In this document: piece by piece, positions 53,338-64,000 of the stretch
How the letters are laid out: the number at the start of each line of letters is the position of its first letter
How positions within the stretch are numbered: position 1 is the first letter of the stretch
Source: Pecten maximus
Lineage: Eukaryota
DNA: 64,000 bases
Direction: 5' to 3'
Assembly (NCBI RefSeq): GCF_902652985.1
Contig: NC_047022.1
Coordinates: forward strand, 20,584,001-20,648,000
Position numbers and translations under genes: made by a program
Notes under the pieces: generated by a model
Databases searched by the model: none
What the model saw: the letters and a program-made list of their open reading frames with translations, nothing else
Told to the model about the DNA's origin: nothing

Positions 53338-53989
53338 ATGATATTTAACATATAATACGATAGTATTATATCATTTTTTGCACTATTTCATGAACTTGTT
53401 AATTTGGTTTTTGAAAGAGGACAAAGAAACAGTGTACAGTATATGAATAAAAAAAGTGTTGTTTTTTTATAATGGAATTATGTATCAATGCTATAAGGAA
53501 CGAACGGTATTCAGGCGTAGAAATATGATGATTAATTAAGTTTTGAAAGTAGCAGAAAAAATGCGTACATGTATATACGTTATAGTATACTATATACCTA
53601 TATATCTATATTTCTTATGTTTAGGAAAGAAAGAGAATGATTTTCGTTGATATTCGTTAGAAATGTGTCTTGATTTAATTAGAAGCTGATAATCTATTCA
53701 AAACTTGACACTGTACATTCATATTGTTCTGGGATCTAAGAAATATCGCTTAATATGGTGCTCGTGTTATTTTCTCTTGCATGTATTTTATAAATGGTAA
53801 ACAACAATCTCATTATCTAGTGTCAAGGGCTTGTGTTATCAGCGGATGCCTGGTAACTCACTAGTTTTATCTTAATACTTGTGCAGCAATATGTTGAGGT
53901 TGTTCATCACAGTAATGATAAAATGAATAGTCTTATATCACTTCTATTATAATACTAACATATGACCTACCTGGCGCATGATTTGTTAT

Positions 53990-54465
53990 TAGCGAGGTTT
54001 CTGCCCTCAGACTCGATCACAACAGCTCGGTTATTTCCGTCAATGCTCGGAATCAAACTGCCGAGATGTTGCGATTGAACCAATCAGGTTCAATCCACTT
54101 GCTTGTATAATTTGACCTTCAATTTCAACTACAGATCTTTGATCGAAATGTTGTCTTTGAGATAACAAAAAATCTTAAGACTACTACCAATACCATGTTA
54201 AACTTAAAAAAAAAAAAAATTAACAATCTTAAATGTTTTTTCCCATAATTTCTCCGCTACCAACGACAGCCGGCAGCTAGCGAGGTTTCTGCACTCAGAC
54301 TCAATCACAACAGCTCGGTTATTTCCATCAATGCTCGGAATCAAACTGCCGAGATATTGCGATTGAACCAATCAGGTTCCACCCACTTGCTTGTATAATT
54401 TGACCCTCAATTTGAACTACAGATCTTTGAACGAAATGTTGTCTTTGAAATAACAAAAAATCTTA
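53990..54465. repeat. Direct duplication of ~188 bp (53990-54177 and 54278-54465)
   Basis: Both copies begin TAGCGAGGTTTCTGC and end ATAACAAAAAATCTTA, with a few substitutions. Confidence 0.92.
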
Positions 54466-56331
54466 TTAGTGTCAATTTCCCCAATTTCGAGATACATGTA
54501 GTACTCACATACTTTCGATATTCAAGGCTTGTTCTCATTCCTACGAATTCCGTGACAGATGTTGACTACTGACTGGAAAATAAAAAACAAGATTTCAAAA
54601 GAGACATATATTACTTGCTGATATGCCTGTTGGTTTAATTGTCAGAATCGTAGCTCTCATCTTTAAAATTTTCCAAACCCCGATTTGTATGTATGTCAAT
54701 GTGTATCGAACATGTCAATACCTCACTAGGAAGTAAATATTTCCCTATACCATTTAAAGAATCTTCCTACCTTGAGGATGTGATAGAAAATCCCCCATCG
54801 TTCACTGATTTGTCCCTCAAGATTTCTAGATTTCGCTGTCACTTCCCATGGTGTGATATCCGTTACGGCGACATTCAATCATATTGTTTTCAATTGCGAT
54901 ACATTTCTCAATATCGGAACAACAGTATCCTGGGTAATTAAAATAATCTGATGGAAGAAAAATAATAATCTCCTACCTTGAGGACGTCACAAAGAAATAT
55001 ACAACCCTCCGTATGATATTTTCGATTGTCTAACACTCGGCAGAATCTCTAGTTAAACAACCTAAAATAGCATACATCGGGTTGGAGTTTTCTCTATCAT
55101 AACTTCAAGGCAGGGTATCCTATTAATATCCAACTCGAAGGTTGATATTCTAGGTTGTCTAACCCGAAGCTCTATAGACATGATGTGATTGAATTGCCGC
55201 CATGACGTCATTGAATTGTTGTCGTGACGTCATTGAAATGTTGTTGTCACGTACGCAATTGTATTATTGCAAGAACACGCGATTTGCCATACCCTATAGG
55301 GTTTGACATAGATTTGACATCTTAGGGAATGATAGAGAAACCTTGAACAAGTAAAATGAGAGAGAAATCCATGAACGATAGGAGACAAATCATGTCAATA
55401 CGTTACCATATTCATCAAGAACTCGATCTGTATTTGTTGTGAACAGAGATGCGGATACAATAACTTTAGAATTTGTATTCATCATCAATGTTTTTGTTTT
55501 TGTTTTAATCTGCGGTCATATGTATATTTAATCATTATGTTTCAAGGACGAAGACAGGCTATAACGTTTAAACTTATGTCTGATCCCATTTGTATATTTG
55601 CAAATATTGTGAAAGCAGAAGAAAAAGAGCAGCACGCTTGAGTTGTAATACAGATCAGTGGTAGGTTATCGGGATGGGTACATTTAAATGAAATCAAACA
55701 CGATTAAATGACAACCTGGCTTGCTATTTAATATCTTTTATTCTACTCACTATAGTAAAATTATTTTCAATACATAATGATCTAAATGCCGCTTTGGTAA
55801 AATTAGTGTATGATGCGTAAAATGTTGGCTCATTGCCGTGTAAATAAAACTGATAATCATATTTTAAGATTGTAGCAGGACAGTCATCAGCATGACATGG
55901 TAACATCGCTTACGAAGTGCTACCTCTTCAGCGATGAAAATATGAATAAGTCATAGGAGTTTAGACCTTATGGGCCAACCGTATCGATTTATATAAAGGG
56001 TCTTGTATGCGTTTTCATCCTATATGATTTTACGAAACGGGTTCTGGCAGGTTTTTTTTTGTTTTTTTTTTTTTACGAGATATGGCGAGCAAAAACTTAA
56101 TGTTTGAGATGAGCTTCATAAAATCTTATACAAAATTTCAACAAATTTAAGACACTTCTATGGCAGTTTATAAAGCTTATGAGTTTTTTAAGTCAAAATT
56201 GGGTGTCAAACCTTTTTTTTCTGGCATAGCAAATGAAAAAATACATTTGATATATTTATTTATTCCCGTATGGTCCGTCCTCCTCCAAATATTAATTTTT
56301 GGTCAATTTTAATGCAGGTAAGACATTCATC

Positions 56332-58274
56332 ATGGCAGATTGCGGGCTCGGAGAGTCATCGATGGAAAGCGCCAGACTTTCACAGATGCTGGAGTGTGTT
56401 ATCTTCTTGCAGCAGCTGCAACACCCGAGGTTCCTGTCCTGCCAACATTCATTTTGTCAGGAATGCTTAAAAAGCTACGTCGAGAAGTTTGATGGGAAGG
56501 CATCACCGTCTTCTTTCCCTTGTGCCGTCAGGTTGTCAAGCTGATTGATCCATTAGAAGACAACAAAAACGTGGACGGGCAGTACTCCACCAAGAATATG
56601 ACAGTCACAATGCCTTTGCTACCACAAAAGACGAATGATTTGTTTCCTTGTAAACCTTGTGAGAGTAAACGCAAGCTGAATATCCCGGCAGAGTTCTGGT
56701 GTAAGGAGATGAACACTTACTTCTGCTCCATCTGCAAAGTCAGCATGCATGATGCGATTCATGCAGAGTGTGAGTATATCATGGAATCGAGCAAGTCAGC
56801 TATGATCCGACAAAATTCACTGTTGACTGAGTGCCGAATGCATAATGAGAGGATGGAGTTTTACTGTGAAGAACACATGCTTCCTGCATGTAACAAATGC
56901 ATTATCCTAGCACACAACAGATGTACGCCAGTAATATCGCCAGAGGACTTCGGTATTAAGCGGAGGGAAAGCACAAGGGACACGTCTCTTCATAAGGATC
57001 TTCGGTACTGCGTAGACGCCATGGACATTCTGAGTAAAGATGTCGATAAGCAGATTCAGTCTTTGACTCGTGACAAAGATTTGTCACTGCAGAGCTTAAC
57101 TGACCTCCGAAAAGAGATCGAAAAACAGTACAGTGCCCTAGAGAAGGAGCTCACGGAAAAATTGATAACGTCCTTCAAAGTGGAGATAGAAAAACGGAAT
57201 AAATCGAGACAGAAATGTAAACAGCTGATGGTCGTTATGGAAAACACTCTGGCGTTATCGAATGAGGACGATGACGCAGCGAGGACGATGTGTCTGTACA
57301 CGAAAGGACAAGGGGAGGTAAATGCCTGCAAGGAATTCATACAGGAGCTGGAAACGACATCAAGGTCGACTAGTCTGTCACATGAATTTGACCTCATTGA
57401 TACCATGAACAGTATCACTATGGGGAAAATTGTCGTTCACCAACACCAGAGAGGACCCCCATCTACAAAGTATAGTATTCCGCTGTCTAAACGTAGTTTA
57501 CGGGAGTTGAAGAGGTTTAACATCCAAGTTTCTGCAGACAAGAAAAAATGTTCCGCATTCGGAATTGTTTTCCTTTCCGGAGGCCGAATCGTGGTAGGAG
57601 ACAATGCAAATCGAAAAGTGAAACTCTTCACAGAAAATGGCGAATTTCAGTGTGATGTTAAACTGTCTGATGAACCAAGTGGCCTTTGTCTTGTTGACGA
57701 TTGCACTGTCGCAGTGATTCTTGTGACTGATCGAACCATTAGCGTTATCGACGTCCCAGATTTATCTATGTCTGTTTCATCGAAAATCCATATTTCAAAT
57801 ATTATTGAAAACTGTCTCGGTGTGACATACAACAGCTCTTTTTTGTAGGTACAATGGGATCAATTTACCGTCTACCAGAAAAAGCAGGGGTAGCAACAAA
57901 ATTGCGCTCAGTTAAACAAAGATGCTTGCACCTCGGAAGCAATGTGCAGAATGGGCTCGTCTTCGCCAGTATAGGAAACGAAAGTGGCCATCATCAAAGT
58001 ATCTGATAAAACCCACAGCGCAGTGATGGACGTTGGTGCCTTGAAGGGTGCGAAAGGAGTAGACGTGGATAGGGAGGGCAACGTGTATATTTGCGGGTGG
58101 AATTCAAACAACGTCATACAGATGTCGCAGAATGGGACCAACGTCGGGGAACTGCTGACGTCATTGGACCGCATCAAACGACCGCGAGCGATTTCTGTTT
58201 GGGGTAATAAAATAGCGATAACAACTGAATCGCTGAACGAACGGAACTTTGTAAACTTGTTCGAGCTCGTTTGA
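56332..58274 (+). pseudogene. Intronless TRIM-like E3 ligase (RING, two B-boxes, coiled coil, NHL/beta-propeller), disrupted
   Basis: RING: LECVIF...PRFLSCQHSFCQECL...FPC/CRQ; B-box 1: CKPC...AEFWC...FCSIC...H; B-box 2: CRMH...FYCEEH...CNKCIILAHNRC; coiled coil; NHL-like GRIVVGDNANRKVKLF and GVDVDREGNVYICG. Frame breaks at ~56520, ~57840 (T-run, TAG at 57846-57848) and ~57975; second RING Cys replaced by Phe. Confidence 0.82.
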
Positions 58275-60597
58275 ATGGATAAAACCACACAGACGATTTA
58301 GGACAGGTCATAGTGTCTGTGCGATACAGTCGTGGTTTGTTCTGAATACTAATAAGCATCTCAACCAGACATTTTATCAAATCGTATTTGTTTTACAAGC
58401 CTTTATCTATTTATTTTCAACTAATCTTGGTGGACAGCATGGAAGCGCGTAGGGGACCGTAATGTGCTTGGAAACTGAACTCCCCACAGAAAACCCAAGT
58501 GGTCTGCGCTCCAAAATGTGTAACGTCCCTTCGGAGATGCAACCCTCTATCGCCCTGATAACATGCAAGTCTGATAACAACTTTGCCAACCACAATCTAC
58601 CATAAATGCATAGGGAATCCTACATGTGATTGTAAACACTATCATTCTTGCAATTCTAATTTGAATATACTTTTTCCATTCAACAATGAATTCAATAAAC
58701 CTTAATTCCAAAAAGACTACTGTTTATTATTATTTTGTAAGTAAGTTCTACACCTGAGATTTCAGTGGTCATAGGTGAACATCTATCTGTCAAAGTTAAA
58801 AGATATCCACTTTTAGTATGTAGGATTTTTAAAAAGATATATTGTGAATCCCTCGTCGGACAATGTTAAAGGGTAAAAAATAAAACAAGATCACTTTTGC
58901 ATGTAGGTTTGTACCAGACATCCACTAGCGGATGTCTGTCAAACTTACACTATATCATAATAATATGAAGTGCTTTTGACAACGGTAAAGGGTTAAAGGT
59001 CAAGACCACTTTTTAATGCAAGACCTCCTAGGAATCCAAAAATGTTCATATTTACATCCAAGTATCATGATATCAACTTCTTAATCTGTTTATTTTTTAG
59101 GTCAAAGTTGAAGGGTCACACATACACAAGACACCGTATAAATCCCTCAACAGATCGCCTTTATATCCGTACCATCGCCCATGTATCGTGACTTCATGGT
59201 GTAAAGGTTTATGACAAAGGGTCCATGGTGACACTTTATCAGTTTAAGAAAATACCAGAAAACATTTTGATACCGTTTATCTTTCCTGAGTTTATCCCCA
59301 AGTTGAAAAAGAATTCAACAATGTAGCAAACGTTTCATTTCTCACTGCTGTAAATATCTAACAAAACAAAACAAAACGTATATACTGCAAATATAATTAC
59401 TTTATTAACATACATACTTCAATATGCAAATAATACATCGCGAGATGATAACGATTTCAACCATAATAAACTTTTATATATAATACCACGACAATTTAAG
59501 GGCACATGTTATTCATCCTCGGCCCCTGGTCAATAATAATTTTCACCTGGGGCCTAGGATGATGTTAGTAAGCTATCACAGAGCAAAGACAAAAATATAT
59601 ACATAACAGTTTATTGTAAACATACATATTTAAGTGGTGATCTTATTTATGCGGTTTTCGGGTTGGAAGAATTTCACTAAATTTGTATTGATAGTTTATC
59701 TACAATGTTTTTAAATGGTAAGTATTGCCTGTGCGGTAAGGTAATTTATCATTCCGCTAAACCGTTTTAATTAGCTTTAACGCTAAAATTTGAGCTCGAT
59801 AAAATAAGTATGTTTACAGTATTTCATTGTTAGAGGTTTCACATGGCGAGTTAATTTTGTAAGAAGCCCTGTGACTCAATCATTTGGCATAACAACGTCC
59901 GATAAAAAAAAGGCCAACCAGTGGACAGCAAATTCATAGTAAATATATACACCTTGTAGATTGTGTGACATCTGATCACAAACATTTATCTTTCCGACCT
60001 TTAAAATACAATCATTAAAAGTTGCATTAAATTAATTTCCTACAACAGTCTCTTGGTTTCATTTAGATACACAGAGAAAGAAAAAAGCTGCTTATATGAT
60101 TTTTCCACAGTCTTGTTTATAAGTATTTTTATATACATTACATGATTGTGGATTTAGTAAAACAATAAGTGGTTTCTTCGGTTCAGTGCCCAAACTTGAC
60201 AATAACATTATTATTACATATGTAGCATGTAGGTTTTTCTATGTACCTCATATTTCTGTAAATATAATTTCATCAGTGAAAATGAAAGATATAATCCATA
60301 AGGTGCTTGGATGATCCATATCTATAAAACACTTGATAATATTCACTACACATGCGCGACAAACTATACGTCTAATTCAAGATCTCCAATCACTTCTTCG
60401 GTTATCCTCTACTCAGATTTTGTTCCTAACACTCACAAAAGTGCAGAAACAACAACCCTGGATAGACATTGTTCTTGGGTAACGATCCAGTCGGTCACGA
60501 AAGAAAAAAATATCCTGGCATTTCGTACATCAATATTTGCTTTTCCAAATTCCGTGATACAGCATTTTCTTTACAGAGTTGTGTTTTCGAGGTTGAT

Positions 60598-62351
60598 TTA
60601 ACTCAATGAACTTATGTCGCCATTTGTCAAAGTGTTGAATTTGATTGATTTCTTGCATTTGCGTTTTTCTTCACAGTGGTGTTCCCTATGGTTCAATCTG
60701 GTATATAAATAAGTATAGTTTTTAGAAATTATTCCAATTGGCATGGCAATCAAGAACAGTCCTGTCATGGCGCACACACAAGCAATGACGCGTCCCGCTA
60801 CACTGCTGGGGTAAATATCGCCATAACCAACCGTCGTCATTGTGATGATGGCCCAGTAGAAGGCTCGGAACACATTTGTGAAATTGATGTCTTCCAGGCA
60901 GTAGATAATTCCTCCAAATATGCACGAATTGATAATCATGATAGCAAACAGCAATAAAATTGTCGTTTTGCTGTTGTCTAAGGCTAAAAGTACCAACATA
61001 AGCCCTCTATTGACTTTAGCCAGTCGGTAAAGTCTCACAAACCTCAAGGTCATCAAGATATTGCCCACCATGAGGGCATTTATTTCACTTCCGGGAGTAA
61101 TAAACGGCGAGAAAATTGCCGTAAATACGAGAACCCAAAAGCCTATCAGGGCCAGCATGTCCATAATGTTGATTAAACTCTTTAGAAAATTAATCTTCGA
61201 TAGGGACACCGCGAACCGTACAGCTACATCAACAGTGAACACAATATTTGTCAGGATTTCTATCACGAGACCAGCGCACGGGATGTTGGACAGGGAGGGC
61301 ATTAGGTGATTGGCTGAACTGGAACCGGAAATGCTGACGTTTTGTTGTGGTGTATTATAATCTTGTGATCTGATCAGGGCGTCACAGATGACGGAGAACA
61401 CGACCATTGTTAGGTAGAACACTGCGTACACCTATAAATAGAAAAATGTACTTAATATTATATCAATGACATTAAAATGCTACACAGTCAAGTGAAACGT
61501 ATTTGAATTCATAACATTAAATATTTTATTTTTGTACAGTTAAATGAATATATGTTTTATACAGAATATCTCTCCATGGTTGTAATGATGGTTGATGGGT
61601 TTGTTTCAATATTTGGGTCCAATTAACACCAAATACGATAACGCAAAAACGAAAAAAAACAAAAAACAACAACAAACAAACAAACAAAAAAACAAAAAAA
61701 AACAACAACAAACAAACAGATACAACTTTTTCATTATACTATAGTCTGCAATATGTTTCGGCTTTTTTCTGTTGTTATTGTTGTTGTTGTTTTAGATTGT
61801 ATATTTAGATATAGAAATAGAATAAAACGTCATAATAGAAACGCATATATTTTGAATGTCGTGTCGTGAAGCCTATTTTGGCATATTAATACCTTTGCCA
61901 ACATGGAAGATGACGGATATTCCATTAAATCCCGAATCCATGAAGAAAGTCCTTCCGTTTTCTGAATAAATTTCTTCCCTGTGCTGAACACAGGGATCTC
62001 CTTATCAAGAATTTTCAGTGTTTTACTGAGTCCATCCTCGCCGTACAAGATCTTCCAGCAACAACTAGATACATCATAAGGAGAGATATCCCAGAATTCC
62101 AATTCTTGGCGGATTTGACTTGCGCAGACATTATCCGGAAGATGCAAATCTCCTGTACGGTGATAGTCTAGAACGCACCCAAACACCGCCGGATTTCTGT
62201 CAAAAAAATATTCTACCTTTCCAGATGATTTCGTCTGTTTCTCATGACGTTCATACAATTTATCGAGTTTCGAACCCGGGATCTTTTGCAGTGTGTCCCA
62301 CGTGGTCGTAAATCGCGTGCCGCCTACGTCGAAATAGACTTTCCCAGTCAT
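60598..62351 (-). CDS. Voltage-gated K+ channel subunit, Shaw/Kv3-like; 2 coding exons, 430 aa
   Basis: Exons 61893-62351 and 60598-61431, phase 0, GT-AG. T1 domain (VGGTRF, EYFFDRNP, HLPDNVC...ELEFWDI...SCCW, Zn-binding HX5C...CC), S4 RFVRLYRLAK, pore TMTTVGYGDIYP, S6 IAMPIGII. Confidence 0.93.
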
Positions 62352-63225
62352 GGTGTCTTGGCTAGAACATCAGTTCTACGTCTGGTCTGAAAAAGAAATA
62401 AACAAAAACGTTGAACTTGCAATATATTAGATTGAATTAGCTTCCTAAGTTATTTTATGAACTCCAGGACCGCACACTTCCTCTGCTACAAACTGGATAA
62501 TCATGTTACATGTATCTAAACATTTACGTACAACATCATTACTGGGGAACAGTTTCCGGAACACAGGCTTAAAATGAAAATTTATCTATGGACGTTTTAC
62601 TACCATTTATAAATAGATAAGTTCAGCTAATTACACAGCGTATCCTAGGTTACACGGAAACTACTTTCCAAATTGTTTTTCACACGAAGGTAACCAGACA
62701 GACAGAAAGCAAATGTTGTTATATACAATGTATTATTTTAGGGTATGCAATAGTATAGTAGCTTTGGAAAAGGCAAATAAAAAACTTATCTCTTACAAGG
62801 ATATATACAGTCTATGGAACCGATACAAATAAATAAAAATACTTAAATATGAAACAAAATATAAAGAAAACATTATTGGTAGGGGTACTGATAAAGATAA
62901 ATTAAAATGACGAAATATAAATAATTTGTTGGTAGGCGCAAATTATTGGTAGTACAACTGGATAGATCATTGAATGTCGAAAGTGTATGGACGGTGCTTG
63001 TCACAAAAATGCATAAACTTACCTAAATGGTATAGAAATATATCTAATAATCAACACCATCAAATGACATATTAATGATGATACCATGTTTTAAATTGTA
63101 GCTTCTGACACCAAATGTTACATATTGAGGCGTTACAAGTTTATTTATCCACTTTAATGTAATAAATATTCGAATTTTTTAAAGAGTGTTGATAGCGTAG
63201 AATATAATAAGCATTGTACACAATT

Positions 63226-64000
63226 AACAGTACAACAGGCTATTATTGTTTTCACAGTATAACAGGCTATCATTGTTTTCACAGTATAACAGGCTATCAT
63301 TGTTTTAACGGTATAATAGACTATTATTGTTTTTACAGTATAACAGGCTATCATTGTTTTCACAGTATAACAGGCTATCATTGTTTTCACAGTATAACAG
63401 GCTATCATTGTTTTCATAGTATGGCAGGCTATCATTGTTTTCACAGTATAACAGGCTATCATTGTTTTCACAGTATAACAGGCTATCATTGTTTTCACAG
63501 TATAACAGGCTATCATTGTTTTCACAGTATAACAGGCTATTATTGTTTTCACAGTATAACAGGCTATCATTGTTTTCACAGTACAACAGGCTATCATTGT
63601 TTTCACAGTATAACAGGCTATCATTGTTTTCACAGTATAACGAGCTATCATTGTTTTCACAGTACAACAGGCTATCATTGTTTTCATAGTATAATAGGCT
63701 ATCATTGTTTTCACAGTATAACAGGCTATCATTGTTTTCACAGTATAACAGGCTATCATTGTTTTCACAGTATAACAGGCTATCATTGTTTTCATAGTAT
63801 GGCAGGCTATCATTGTTTTCACAGTATAACGAGCTATCATTGTTTTCACAGTATAACAGGCTATCATTGTTTTCACAGTATAACAGGCTATCATTGTTTT
63901 CACAGTATAACATGATATCATTGTTTTCACAGTAAAACAGGCTATCATTGTTTTCACAGTATAACATGTTATCACTGTTTTAACGGTATAATAGGCTATC
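63226..64000. repeat. 27-bp minisatellite (AACAGGCTATCATTGTTTTCACAGTAT), ~28 copies, runs off the window end
   Basis: Directly visible; produces 9-aa repeat ORFs in several frames on both strands. Confidence 0.97.

Noticed and set aside
63154-63975. Cys/His-rich 9-aa repeat ORFs as metal-binding or structural proteins
   Set aside because: They come from a 27-bp minisatellite that is open on both strands in several frames, with no unique coding flanks.

Overview
AT-rich, intron-rich animal genomic DNA. The repeat types (HINE/pearl-like elements, IS3EU, mariner) and an intronless B-box/NHL TRIM gene suggest a bivalve mollusc, which is an inference. Gene content, left to right: (1) a head-to-head pair of 14-exon, ~619-aa SLC6/NSS-family transporter paralogs (A on minus, 1310-14440; B on plus, 21924-33162), with a relic last exon of a third copy between them; (2) delta-tubulin (minus), head-to-head with (3) mitochondrial ribosomal protein L50 (plus); (4) a multiply frameshifted TRIM RING/B-box/NHL gene; (5) a Shaw/Kv3-type K+ channel subunit (minus). 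Introns carry a 3.7-kb IS3EU-like DNA transposon, a pogo-like element with a triplicated end, a Helentron-associated element with a 155-bp satellite, mariner MITEs, a long hairpin and several minisatellites. The strongest novelty candidate is the SLC6 pair: both copies have lost many conserved Na+/Cl-, substrate and gate residues, and they differ from each other almost completely in the substrate-facing part of TM3. The Kv subunit has PIG in place of PVP, as in silent/regulatory subunits. Caveat: single-base insertions disrupt both SLC6 genes and also delta-tubulin, so some apparent pseudogenisation is probably assembly consensus error. All exon structures and translations were read by hand and no database searches were run.
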